Shown: positions 24,659-37,789, counted from the first letter of the stretch. The stretch is DNA of 64,000 nucleotides from Takakia lepidozioides (GCA_030704615.1 CM060733.1:70370001-70434000), one strand, 5' to 3'. Translations and numbers: made by a program. The notes: a model not told the origin generated them from the sequence alone.

Positions 24659-25382
24659 TGTCGCACACCTCAGTTCGGTAAACTCCCCTTCAAGTCATAG
24701 TTACTCGCTTTGATGCGCGCGCCTGACTCCCAACCTGGCCGCCGGGCCAACTTGGAGTTTCGGCTGCTCACCGGGACATAACGGTCCCCTTCCGCTTCCC
24801 TCTAAACCCTCCACCTATTTGGGACTAGGAGAATTCCCTTTGGTAGATGGCAGTCCGGAACAGCTCCCCACTCTTTGGTCGCTTTCCGGCTCGCTCGCTT
24901 ACTCACTAGTTTTTGGTCACCAACGGGCTTGCACCGTTCTCGGGGTTACTACTCCCTATATATACTTCTGTAGCTGTCCGCGGGGGTTTCATAACCAGCC
25001 ATGCCATTTTATGGCGAACCACCACGAAAACCCTCGACTCCCGGTGGTGAGTCGCGGTGAGTCTTGGCCCACTCACCGCGGCCCCAATGGACCGTGATGA
25101 GTCCCAAGACTCCCCACGACTCCCACCTCGAGGTCTCCACCCCATGGTGAGTCCTATGCCACCCCCACTAAGTCCCACTAAGCTACCACCACCCCTTGTG
25201 GAGCCACCTCCACCGCAACCCGGTGTGCGGGGCTCCACCTAGTGAGCGCCTCCGCCTCCTTGAGTGCCTTGGGCACTCAAGGGTGCTTCAGCCCCCCATA
25301 CCTATCGCTGCCGCTGCCCCCACCACAGGGGCAGCCCCTCATGTGTCCCGACCCCCTGCCCTCAAGGCAAAGGGCCGCGACA
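24659..25382 (-). repeat. 3' LTR of chromovirus
   Basis: Direct repeat of 30751-31474; only one C/T difference noticed by eye. Confidence 0.95.
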
Positions 25383-26273
25383 CACACCCCTACCAACAGG
25401 GAGTCGATGTCCTCATCGACTTGTCCATTTTGTAGAAACGAACATCCAAGTTGTGGCGTCCCACATCAAGGAGTTTGTTTCCGTACCATGGCGTCCCATG
25501 GCAAAGAACCAAACCCCACACTTGACTCCACTCTCCACTAGCTAGTTCGGCCGACTTCCTCCAAGTCCCGGCCAAGGGTGGAGCCTCTCCAGCTCCTCCC
25601 AGTGCACTCTTCTTGGCCTACTTCAAGGCCAAGGAACGATCCTCCCCGAGGATCGAATCGCCTTACTGCAACAACATTGCTTGCGATCGCTCATGATGCC
25701 GCTTTTGGCATCACCTTGAGCAAGGGTTCACCTGGAACCCTCTTTGACTAGGAAGATAACCTTGAACCAACCGTGCGCCCCAATCACTACAATTGGGTCC
25801 GCCTTGGAATGCTGGCCTGAGGTACGGGAACACGCCGAAGCCGCACTACGACTTCGTCCCGAGGCTACACGATTATAGTACGTGAACGGAAGCACGTAGC
25901 TTCCGCGTTAGCCCGCACTACAAGGCAACCCCCTCGGTAGCGCAGTTATAGTACGCGCACTAGCACTTGAACTCCCAAATAAGGCGCAAGTTTCCTTGCC
26001 CCTTGGATGGGAGTCACCCGATTTCGGCACTGCGCAAACACACGATTAACCCAATTTACCTCTCCCACTTTTGTAAGCTAGCATGCATTCTACACACCAG
26101 CCAACCACACCATGCATCACCATTCCAAACACAATAGGACGCACAATATTTGGAACCCATTTCCTTTATCACAAATTTTTGTACAATACAAGTTTTTGCA
26201 ATCGGATTCCTGAGCTAGCTAAACCGGGCTAAGCATGCATTTCCTCCCCCACGCTCCAAGGTTGATGTCCCCA

Positions 26274-29200
26274 TCAACGCTTCTTCCGCTTTTGAGGTCG
26301 CCCTTCGAACGCTGCAACTGCCTCGGATGCGTTTCCCATTTCTGAGGCACGCACCCAAGATGCCTCCACAAGATGATAGCCCTTCCATTTGACGAGATAC
26401 TCCGTTTCTCGGTTCTTGAACCTCCTCGACTTAAGTATTGCCTCCACCTCGTACTCGGGTTCATTTTCATGATCCAACAGCATAGGTGGCGGACGCAACA
26501 CTTGCTGCCGATTCGGACGTGCTTCATCTTTGAAGTAAGGCTTCAAAAGGGAGACATGGAATACTGGGTGCACCTTGCTGTTTGCTGGCAGCTCCAATTC
26601 ATACACATCCTCATTCATAACCCTCCGAATGCGAAAGGGACCCGCATACGGAGGTACGAACTTCGGACTCATTTCCGGAGGTAGTCGAAAATTCTTGATG
26701 TTCAACCAGACCTCTGTGCCTGCCTCAAACTTCACTTCCCTCCGCTTCCGATTCGCCTGCCTTTCATACCGTTTCCTAGCTTTGGCAATGTTGTACTTTG
26801 CGAGCTTCAACAAACGCTCGCGTTCTTCCAGTACCGCCGCTACTGCCGGTTCCTCAACGTCCTGGGCGGCCCAACTTGTCGGCACCAGAGGTGCTTTTCC
26901 ATAGACCAACACAAAAGGGGAAACTCCCGTCGCGGAGTGTTCTGTGTTATTATAACAGAACTCTGCCGCGTCTAAGTGTTCCATCCAGTCTGATTGGTCT
27001 GCCGACACGTAATTCCGCAAGAATTGCTTCACTACGGAATTCACTCTTTCCGTTTGGCCGTCCGTCGTAGGTCGGAAGGCGGTGCTCATCTTCAGCCTCG
27101 TCCCCATCTTCTTCCAAAGTGCTCTCCAGAATTTACTCGTAAACTTTGGGTCGCGGTCCGAGACAATATCCTTCGGGACTCCATGATGCTTTAAGACGTG
27201 GGCGAAGTAAAGTCGCCCTGTCTCCTGCGCAGTTGCCGTCTCCTTGGTGGGGATGAAATGGGCCATTTTACTGAACCTATCTACCACCACCATGATTGCA
27301 TCGAATCCTTTTGACAGCGGCATAGCAGTCATGAAATCCATCGAGACGCTTTCCCAAGTCCCCTCTGGAATCGGCAAGGGTTGTAACAGCCCCGCTTGCT
27401 TTTTATACTCGCTCCGGTTTTGTTGGCATGTGGTGCATGTCTTTACATACTCCTCTGCCTCCTCCCTCAGTTTGGGCCAGAAATACTCTTTCTTCAAGAG
27501 TGCCGCAGTGCGCTTGGCTCCACCGTGGCCCGCAAGCGGGCTATCATGGCATTCTCTCAAGAGACTATCCCTGATCCCTCCCTTTGGCACATAGAGACGT
27601 TTTTGCTTATACCGGAGCAGTCCGTTTTGCAAGTGGAACTGCGATTTAACCCCCATTCTCAAGTTCTGCATCACGCACTTTGCCAGCTCATCCTTCCGGC
27701 AAGCCTTCCGGATCTTCCTTTGGAGCGCCGTCTCGCCCTTGTACACCAACAAGAGCTGCTGCTTTCTACTTAAAGCATCGGCCACCACATTGTCCCGTCC
27801 CGGTTTGTACTGGATATCCACGTCGAACACTGCCAAAGTATCTTGCCACCTAAGTTGTTTTGGGGACAACTTGGGCTGCGTGGCAAAATACTTCACCGTG
27901 ACATTGTCCGTGAACACCTTCACTGGGTTGGAACCAACATAGTGGCGCCAGAGTTCAAGGCAATGTACCACCGCCTTCATCTCTTTTTCGTGCGTCGGCC
28001 ACCGTCGCTCCACTTCATTCAGTTTCTTACTTTCGTAAGCCACTGGACGTCCATCTTGCATAAGTACACCCCCAATTGCGAAGTCCGATGCATCTGTATG
28101 AATCTCAAACGGACGATCGAACTCCGGGATTTTTAAGACTGGAGCTTCCGTCATCCGCTGCTTCAATTCAGCAAAAGCTTGGCCACAAAATGTGTTCCAT
28201 ACCCAGACTTTGGATTTACACAGAAGGTCCGACAGCGGCCCCGCGATCTTGGCGAAATTTCTCACATACTTCCGGTAATAGGAGGCGAGTCCTAGGAAGG
28301 ATCGCACTCCCGGGACCGAAGTCGGAGGCTCCCAGCCAAGATCGCCCTCACCTTTCTGTCATCCATTTTGATCCCATCCTGTGTAATCACGTGCCCCAAG
28401 AACTCCACTTTTGTGACCCCGAATTCGCACTTTGAAGCTTTGGCATACAGCTTCCCTTCTCGCAATTTTTGGAACACCCTTTTGAGGTGCTCCAGGTGCT
28501 CCTCCTTTGTTTTCGAGTACACCAAGATGTCGTCGATGTACACGATCACAAAGTCATCCAACCACTCCTGGAAAAGGCTGTTCATCAGCGTGCTAAATGT
28601 CGCTGGTGCATTGGTGAGCCCAAAAGGCATCACCAAGAACTCATATGAACCATACCTTGTCCTGCACGCGGTCTTCTCCTCATCTCCTTCCGCCACCCGA
28701 ATTTGGTGATAGCCGGAGCGCAAGTCGATCCGGCTGAAATACTTCGCTCCTGCCAACCGATCGAAGAGGTCGTCGATCCTTGGCAAAGGGTACCGGTTTT
28801 TGATAGTCACCTTATTCAGAGCCCTGTAATCGACACACATCCGCAGCGTCCCATCCTTCTTGTCTGCAAATAGCACCGGGGCTCCGTAAGGTGACTTACT
28901 CGGCCGGATGTACCCCTTTGACATTAGATCTTTGAGCTGAGTCTTCAGCTCGACCAACTCTTTGTGGCTCAACCGGTAGGGCGCCTTGGCAGGCGGTTCC
29001 GATCCCGGTATCACCTCAATTTTGTGGTCAACTCCTCTTCGCGGTGGCAAGCCGCTTGGTAAATCCTCCGGCATCACATCCTGGTATTTCTCCAAAATCC
29101 CCTTGATCCAATCTGGGCTCGGCTCCCCATCGCCTTCTCCTTTCACTTCTCTAATGTAAAGCAAAAACTGGGACTCGTGTGTCTCCTCCACGGCCCACTC

Positions 29201-30695
29201 CTTTGCTGATAGAAGGTTTATTCGCCCTCCCACGGATTTGGGCGTTTCCGACACTCGTAAAACCTCGCCACCATTCCCACATGGCAGCGTGACTACTCTC
29301 TTGCGGCCATCTATGACCGCTCCGGATTTGCTCAAAAAGGTCATTCCCAAAATGAGATCCACTCCATCGATCTCGCAGATAGTGAAGTTCTCACGTCCCT
29401 CCCAACTCCCCAGTTGAAGAGGAACATCAAACGCCAACCTTGTCGCCAACTGAGGTTCTCCTTTGGCAGAGCGCACCTCAATAGAGGCCCCCACGTCACT
29501 TGTCGGGAGTCCCAACTTTCGCGCCGCCGCCGGCGTCATGAAGGAGTGCGACGCTCCTGTGTCCACCAACAACGACACATTAGTTCCGGATATTATCCCA
29601 TCCACGAACAATAACTGACTCCCTTTTCGTAAGGCGCCAATTTCCTGATACAACTCACAAGAAAATTTGCCTACCTTGCAAGTCCTGGCGACCACCGCTT
29701 CCACCAAGCGACTGATGGTATCTTCCGACAGCTCCGTGGTCGCCCGAGTCATGTTCAATTGCCGGGGCTTCGTGCACTTCTTGGCCATGTGCCCGGGCTC
29801 CCCGCAATTGAAACACACTCCATCAAAGGTCGCCTTCTGTCCGCCATAAGTCGCTCCACCCGCTTTTCCTTTCGAAGCACCGGGTGCCGCCTTGACGTGT
29901 GAAGGACCTCCCTTCGATTTCCACGTGCCATTTTCGCCGCGTGGCCTATCCCACTTCTTTTCCGGTCGGGAGGAGTCACCTTCCCGCCGGGTCTTCTTGT
30001 GGTTCAGCTCCGTACGGCCTTGTCTCTCACCCCTAGGGACATCCGAGAAACATTCAGCTCTCTCAATTGCCTCGTTCAAAGTCTTGGGTGGCTTCTCCTC
30101 CAACTTCCGCCTAGCCCATGGGGCCAGTCCCGCCACAAAGTTGAAGACCATTTCTGGTTCTGCCATGTCCGCGACAGTTCAAGGTTTCCGGGCTTGGGCC
30201 TCGGTCGTGAAGGCGTTTCTGCCACCATTGTTGAGCATAGCCCCTCAAATAGGTGGGAGCCACTTCCACCCGATCCTCGTCACTCAACTTGGCCGCCCGG
30301 AAGTACTGCTCTAGCTCCAGGAGCCAGGTGTTGAGTGCCTTCCGGTTTCGAACGCCCTCGAAGGTGCCGGGTTCCTTAGGCTTCACCTTAAACTTTGCCC
30401 TGGTGGAAGTGGCATTAGCCGCCTTCAACACGTCTTTCAACGTCCCGCCAAACTGCGCCAACAACCCTTCCCAAAAGGCTGCCGGCATGGGAGGCATCTC
30501 TTGGTTTGTCGGAGCTCTCAAAGATTCCTCGGGCTCCGACTCCTCGGATTCCTCCCGCTCCTGAGCGGCCTCGTTTTCGGAAACATTAATCGCTTCCTCA
30601 AACGGCCGCCTCGGTGACACGTCGCCCCCATCGGGCTCACCGGGATCATCATCTTTTGGGCCGTTCCGCTTTCGCTTCGGCTTGCCCGACCCCAT
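26274..30695 (-). pseudogene. Chromovirus gag-pol (frame breaks near 30170 and 28335)
   Basis: [14 protein letters not shown] knuckle, LVDTGAS, YIDD, TDASD RNase H, integrase, GPF motif, YEVEAIL...YLVKWKGY chromodomain. Confidence 0.92.
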
Positions 30696-30736
30696 GATGA
30701 GGCCAATCCCAAGGACGATCGTGTACTGAACTCTAA

Positions 30737-30748
30737 GCTCTGATACCA
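30737..30748 (-). promoter_or_regulatory. Primer-binding site, tRNA-iMet
   Basis: TGGTATCAGAGC 2 nt inside the 5' LTR end. Confidence 0.92.
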
Positions 30749-30750
30749 AG

Positions 30751-31474
30751 TGTCGCACACCTCAGTTCGGTAAACTCCCCTTCAAGTCATAGTTACTCGC
30801 TTTGATGCGCGCGCCTGACTCCCAACCTGGCCGCCGGGCCAACTTGGAGTTTCGGCTGCTCACCGGGACATAACGGTCCCCTTCCGCTTCCCTCTAAACC
30901 CTCCACCTATTTGGGACTAGGAGAATTCCCTTTGGTAGATGGCAGTCCGGAACAGCTCCCCACTCTTTGGTCGCTTTCCGGCTCGCTCGCTTACTCACTA
31001 GTTTTTGGTCACCAACGGGCTTGCATCGTTCTCGGGGTTACTACTCCCTATATATACTTCTGTAGCTGTCCGCGGGGGTTTCATAACCAGCCATGCCATT
31101 TTATGGCGAACCACCACGAAAACCCTCGACTCCCGGTGGTGAGTCGCGGTGAGTCTTGGCCCACTCACCGCGGCCCCAATGGACCGTGATGAGTCCCAAG
31201 ACTCCCCACGACTCCCACCTCGAGGTCTCCACCCCATGGTGAGTCCTATGCCACCCCCACTAAGTCCCACTAAGCTACCACCACCCCTTGTGGAGCCACC
31301 TCCACCGCAACCCGGTGTGCGGGGCTCCACCTAGTGAGCGCCTCCGCCTCCTTGAGTGCCTTGGGCACTCAAGGGTGCTTCAGCCCCCCATACCTATCGC
31401 TGCCGCTGCCCCCACCACAGGGGCAGCCCCTCATGTGTCCCGACCCCCTGCCCTCAAGGCAAAGGGCCGCGACA
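30751..31474 (-). repeat. 5' LTR of chromovirus
   Basis: Direct repeat of 24659-25382; adjacent PBS. Confidence 0.95.
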
Positions 31475-34400
31475 CATTCCCTTTCCGAATCAGTCGCTGC
31501 CCACACCATCCACAAAGGAGTCTGGAAACCGACAGGCGGCCACTGCCAACAGAGAGGTATGCAACGATAATCATTCCCGACCTGGACCGTCAAGACCCTC
31601 CATAGCTTCTCGTGTGGACGTATTCGACATTTCCGACGAGGAAGATGATTGCATTGAGGTACCCATGTCCTCCACACGGTCGTTCAAATCCGGCATGGAC
31701 GTCTCTGTAGGTGCTACGCATGTGCCCTCGAGCATAACTCCAACCCGGTCCATTGTGCAGCTCCTACGACAACATCACCTCGATGGTTCTCGCTCCGAGC
31801 TGGCTGCTCTCGACTATGCCAAATTCCCAGTCAGAAAGGTAACGTTTCTGCCTCCCGAAGTCGATGGCAATGTCATCTTCGAGTTTCCACCTGTTTCTTC
31901 GTCAAACAAAGCCTCCGAGATGTTAACAGACATGGATCGAAAGCATGACGGACACCCCTGGTGTGTGACGAAGACCAGTAGCACGAAAATTGCTGATGGT
32001 GTTCGTGTACGATATGTCCTCTGTGCGGGGAAGCTGAGGTGCCTCAATCCCACCTGCTTCCACTTTCTCTCCAAAGGAGGGCGGAGAAACGAGACGGATT
32101 GGACTGGCACAACGCATCATCCATTCATTGTCTCCAGCCAAGCTCCTGCGGGTTCTTTCAAGTGTGCACATTGCAAAGAACCACCGACGTGCATGTCCAT
32201 GTGCAGAGCCAAGCAATATTACGTAATCCATTTGCTCCCGGACTTGACTAGAGCTTGCATACACGTTGGGGTCCACTGCCACCCCTTGGCGAGAGGCAAC
32301 ATGCGTGAGGCTGTGCAAGAAGCACACGACATCATAAAAGAGGAGGTGAAATTGAGCCCCGGAGCCAGACCAAAGCAGATTCAGCTGAAGGCAGCCCACA
32401 AGATTGCTCTTGGCAAAATCATGTCTGAAGATGGTTCCGACCGAGAGCCCTTGACCGAAGACGAGATGCGTGACCTCTTGGAGTCCGTCTCGCACGTTTG
32501 TAGTCCGAATGTGCGGAATCACATCGTATCTTGCAAGCAGGAGTTCGACAGGGGGTCGGACATGTACTCAATCCTGGAGGTGAAACGAATGACTGGATAT
32601 GACTACATCCAAGGTAGCTGGTTTCCAGGGCAAGGCAGCGAATCCGATCGTTGTTACATTTTCAAAATGTCGACGTGTGGGCCTGGGAGTGGAGTCGACT
32701 TGGTCACTCGCATGACAACTGGAAACTTGTCGAATGCTTGGGTGATGTTTGATCACATCAAGAGAATTACAAACCATCAGTGGGTGACTATGGGTGCGCA
32801 TGTTTATGACTATCACTCCAAGAGGCTCATGACGATTGCAATCTGCGAGATGAAAGGGGAGGACACACAGTCCGAGATGCATCTGTGGGAGGGCATAAAC
32901 GAGCAGATGGCAAGGGCGGGATTGCCAGAGCCCAATTTCAGGGGATTCATGGCAGACAACGCTCAGGCCAACTGGGCAGCGGTGCGGCGTGTGTACGGTG
33001 AGGACCCCAATGTTCCAATGGAGGGGAAAGAGAGATCCTGTGGATTCCATTGGATGCAGAGTCTATCCCACTACACTACCAAATTTGTTGTTAGCACATT
33101 CCAGGTTGAACACCGTGTCCTTTGTACGGCGTGGAAGGATGCACCCACATTTGATGACGCGGAGGTAAAGTTTGCTATCATCGAGGCTTGGTGGAACACG
33201 TCAGGTGCAGTGGAGACAACCAATCTGGGAGCATTGCACAGCTGGTTGGGGTGGTGGCATTTTCGGTATTGACAGTTCGGACAGTACATGCGGGAGGTAG
33301 GCTGCTGTCATTTTCGTTCATTTGTCTTCCTGTTACGGACATTTCGATTGGTCCCTCACCATTGTTTGTGTCCTTCTAGGAGCGGTGCTTGGATTCCGAC
33401 ACGGACATGCCGAACACGAATATGGCAGAATCGGTCCACTCCTCCTGGCGAGCGTCTTCTGCCGCACATCTGGTGGACGTAGTGACGGCCACAACGGAGG
33501 ACATCGACAGAGCAATCATGCAGCAAGCCACGTACTACAAGTTCCTGAGCGGCAAACAATGGGGCTTTGGGCCGGACAGGGAGGAATTGTTGGTACGAAC
33601 AGCTTCGAGGTCCAAGAATCCAGTGAAATGGGCGACAGCATTGCGAGAGAAGATCAAAGGGACGCCTCTGCACCGCAGAGGTGAACACCTAGAGGGGACG
33701 TCCGGACTCGGCCTGTCAGGCGGAGGATTGAAGAGGAACCCGGGTGTGAAGGGATTCCTGGAGATCCGACAGGAACATTCGGACAGCACCTCGAGGTCCC
33801 GTCATGTTGCCGCACAATGTGTCTTCCAGCAGTGGAAGCCCAAGAAATTCCAGATCGTCGTCGCCTTCAACCGGGGATTTCGTGTGAGAAATTCCCACCG
33901 CTCCCTTGCCCCAGATTCCGTCCGCTGTTATGCAGTATGGCCAAGCCATTGTGGAGACGACTGTGTCTGCATCACAGTGGAGAATTGCTCGCACAAAGCC
34001 GTCGTTTCGAGGAAGGTGTTCCGCAATTCGTGTGGATACACGGCAACGTTGTTTAGAGGTGATAAGGAGGAATCCAAATGGGGCTGTCCCTGCTCCTACT
34101 TTTACAGGAAGATTTGTCCATGCAAAGTTTGCGGAGGCGACAACCACCCAGTTCTGGTTCTGCAGGCACGACATTATGACTTGCGTGTATGGAAAGCCCA
34201 AGTACGGCATACAAACAATGCCAGAGGCTCCCCCGGTGTGGCCGGTGGAACCAGGCTGCGATCTGAGTCAGGTTGAGGCCGACGCCCTTACCGCCGCAGG
34301 ATTTCGGATGGTGTAGCGCACTGACGTCCCCAGACAACCATTTCCGCTTCCACAGCCTCCACCACCGACCCCTGTGAGAGCAAGAACAATGGGACACGAC

Positions 34401-35550
34401 AGCTCTAAGCATCCTACACACCGTTGGGGAAACCGAAGAGGCGGCGACCTCCCTCAAAAGTGAACGAGACAAGGATGGGGAATGCACTTCGGATGAACTG
34501 TACAATCCAGAGCTCGACAGAAGTGCCCCCACCAGGATTCGGGCGTGTGTATCAGATGGCCATGGCGGGCTCAGCTATTTGCAATGAGGTGTACACCATC
34601 ACCATTTCAGAATCACCCACCTGCAATTGCACCGACTTCTAGATCATGGCGAACAAGGGGGCATCATACTGCCCTTGCAAGCATTTGTACTACGTGTACC
34701 TAAAGAGACTCCGTTGTAATTCCACAACTCATCACTTCATACATGCACCAGGGTTGAGCCCCCAGGAGGTTCACACTCTTCTAAATATGGATCCAGGGGA
34801 CCAGTGAGCTTGGCTTGCGGTCCCGATACAATGGTACGCCCATCCTTTTCGGATAGTAGAACTGTACTGCTGCCAGTACCTCAGACTCTGGCCACAGAAA
34901 GGTCCGACATATGTCTTGCCTACCAGTAACATGTTTTGCTCGAACTAAGATATTACTATATCGTTCACTTGTTTCCACGTGCATGTATTTTTGTATGTTG
35001 GAGGGTTCATGTTTTTCTGCTTTCCGAAAACTTGCTTTCCTCATTCGACCTCCGACAAGGAAATGCGGCGCCGCATTTCCAAGTATCGTCGTAGGTACTG
35101 GTAGAGGCGGCCTTCGCCAACACCAAACCGCTCCGAAATTTCGCACGTGCGAACCCTAATGCGGCACCTTATTTCCCAGTTCAGTTGCAAACCTTTCCCG
35201 CCGAATACCCGAAGAAGACAGAATTGTGAAGTACTGCAGACTGTATTGGTGCAGACTCCATTGGTTCAATCGCGGCAAAAGGGTCAGCTTCATTCCAATG
35301 TTAAGGCATGTAAAACCGTGGAATACTCTATACAGGCCAGTATGCGACGTCCTTTTGCAGTGGTATACTGGATTTCCCGTTGCACGGTCACTTATTTCCA
35401 TGAGTGGATCTAAGAAACCATGAGCGGACTTGTTACTGACGACATATCTTCGCCGCATTACATGATCTGGAACGTCCAAAAACGGCAAGGTCAAATAAAA
35501 AACAATTATTTTAATACTTGTTTAATCTGCCGCATTTCCAAATTTGGAGG

Positions 35551-35658
35551 AGTCCGCTCATGAAATCCGCGTATCTTAGACTTCGGCTCACCGCTCATGC
35601 GGCTCATGCGGCTCATGGCTCATGGCTCATGGTTTCTGCTCATGAAATAGTAAACCTC
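35551..35658. repeat. Right TIR and subterminal GCTCATG repeats of MULE copy 2
   Basis: Same as 3521-3616 with two extra GGCTCAT units; followed by the TSD. Confidence 0.9.
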
Positions 35659-37163
35659 ATTACATGATGGTGCTGGATTTGCTGTTTACAGCCCAGCCTG
35701 AGCTTTTATTTTCGGTTTATAGTACTGGTAAGATGCTGGGCGTGAAGGGTATCGGGCAACAAAGTAAGAGGACATAGGGAACACCAATCTCTTGTTTTTA
35801 GGCCATGTATGATGACTGATGCAGGCCATTTGATTTCCAGTCCTTCTTTACTTGTTTGTGACCTTGCAAGTACCCTGCTGAAGCAAATACAGATTACCCC
35901 AAAACCTAAAACGGGCTCTAGGGTAGACTGGCTTTACTGCTATGGCATGTACCAAGCAGCACAGTAACCTGAAAGATCTTTTTGAACTCAGACAATATGT
36001 TTAGAGGGATTTTAAGACATCAGGGATTAAGCTAGTACAGGCCCTGTATATCTCTCTATACCTTCATGAATGCTTGGTGATATGGTAAACATTTTGCTAG
36101 AATATATACTCGTTGTACTTGGCTGAAGCCAGATTGTGGAACAAAATCAATATCTTCTGATTGTATTCCATGTTTACATATCATTTAGTAAGATCTGCAG
36201 ATATACAATGTAACCATGGGTGATGAAATTTAGCAATCTGAAGACTGGCTTCCTTGCTTTGCACAGTGGTAAAGTAGCAATATGTACAATTGTTTGCTAC
36301 TTAACACCTTGTTACCACAATGTATACAATGGCCCCAGACCTAAACCAGGTTCTGGGGCAAAAAAACAAGGTATGAGGTCATACCACTTATGAGTAAATG
36401 GTTCACAATCTGTATGATGCTTTGATATGGCCATAAGATTACATAATAAGTGGAACTTCATTTTCAGAGTGTTCATGTAATCTTGGGGAGTGATGTTAGC
36501 AGGATTAACAAGTTTTCCCTGCTATGAACAGTTGCTTTGTTACATCTTAAAGATACCCAAACGTGTGATACATGATCGGGTCCCTGTTTAGACATGCATT
36601 TTAATGAAGCATATACTGATGCGGATTTTTATATAATCCCCCCCCCCCCCCCCCCCACCCAGAGATTTCATGAACCATGGGATCTGTTGTATGTTTATGA
36701 ATGGAGAATGATTGATAGTGCCTCGTTATGAGGCTGATTTGTCGTAAAAATTGACAAAGACCTTGTTTGGTCTTGTCCATGTCTCGACAAGACATTTTAT
36801 CTTCCCTCTCTTTTTTGCTGTTCACAAAAGTAAACAAACCACAAGGGAGAGAGGGTGCAGAAAAAGTTAAAAAGATTGTACTCATAAGACGTTGTTTGCC
36901 GTAGCCTTGTGGCCATTGACCCCACGCCCAGTTTGAGCAGAAACAAAAGGGACAGAACCTACCTCTGTCAGGGGCTGACGTTGGTAGTAAGACTTACCTT
37001 CATATATAGAATTAATCTGGGTTTTCCAGATATCCTCTAGAAATCCCTTCACACAAGCATCAAACTGCTGTGTGTGATTTGCGGCCTCAGGAGGGCCTGG
37101 GCTTTTGGCTCAGCATTGAGACTTTCAAAGTTGGTAAACAGAGGTACAGGCACAATTCCCTTG

Positions 37164-37560
37164 CTAGATTTGAAGAGAGCATCTCTTTGGTGAGAGAAAC
37201 CCCGGACAGTGTATCAGAAAATGAGTACTGTCTTCAGATTGCCCACACAACGGGCAATTGCACTCTCCCTTTCCACTCTGCTTCTGTTTGTTGTTCAAAG
37301 GTAGGCTTCCTGCCCTGAGTTTAAATTTCAGTCTAGTGCCGAGAGTGGGTAGACCCTTGAGGTCATCCAAGATGTCCTCCCCCATGTCACTGACTGGAAA
37401 CAAGTTCAGGGAAGTTTTCTGCCTAACTTCATTTCCATCAGACAATCTCATGGCAACAGACATGGCTTTGGACACTACAGCCTCTAAGTCAGATTTATCA
37501 ACCCATATTGCAGATCCGTACTCCAAGGCAGGTCTAATAATGCGACAAAGCATGGTTTTC
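37164..37560 (-). pseudogene. Non-LTR retrotransposon (LINE) C-terminal fragment
   Basis: IIRPALEYGSAIW and KLRAG...CPLC...THFLIHCP C-terminal CCHC motif. Confidence 0.65.
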
Positions 37561-37561
37561 T

Positions 37562-37775
37562 AAGGTGAATAAAAAATTAGATGTCATCATGAATAAATTA
37601 GGGTTTGTTTGTGAAGAAGAGGTGAAAAAAAAATCATATGGTCATCATGAATGCTTATTTAGGGTTTGTTTGTATAGAGGACGTGGAAAACAAATGAGCT
37701 GTCATTGTGAAACTTGTTCAGGTGCCTGTTATTCAAGAAGAAGTGGGAAAAAAAACAGATGGTCATCATGAGGCT
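37562..37775. repeat. Degenerate tandem repeat of about 59 bp (3-4 units)
   Basis: Recurring GTCATCATGA...AGGGTTTGTTTGT...GAAAAAA. Confidence 0.6.
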
Positions 37776-37789
37776 CATTTACGCAATGC

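Larger units (their letters stand above)
24659..31474 (-). mobile_element. Full-length Ty3/gypsy chromovirus LTR retrotransposon
   Basis: 724-bp TG..CA LTRs, 5-bp TSD CATTC (24654-24658 and 31475-31479), tRNA-iMet PBS, gag-PR-RT-RH-IN-chromodomain. Confidence 0.97.
24600..34807 (+). pseudogene. MULE transposase of copy 2, split by chromovirus insertion; premature stops and frameshifts (5' end uncertain)
   Basis: Frame ...GMPI|PFPNQ rejoins across the insertion; ORF to 33272 ends at CGA>TGA; intron 33297-33379; TAG stops at 34314 and 34640. Confidence 0.85.
13464..35658 (+). mobile_element. Complete giant MULE-like transposon, copy 2 (about 15.4 kb plus nested 6.8-kb chromovirus)
   Basis: 9-bp TSD ATTACATGA at 13455-13463 and 35659-35667; TIRs GGGGGCTGCTATTTCATGAGC / GCTCATGAAATAGTAAACCTC; MULE transposase. 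Confidence 0.93.

Noticed and set aside
24819-25575. Short ORFs in chromovirus LTRs (also 30911-31605 and 56337-56800) and the N-terminus of ORF 31356..33272
   Set aside because: LTR sequence; the first ~40 codons of the 638-aa ORF are LTR-derived read-in
28292-28345. Programmed frameshift between RT and RNase H
   Set aside because: No slippery site and not a position where gypsy elements recode; best explained by a 1-bp deletion or error
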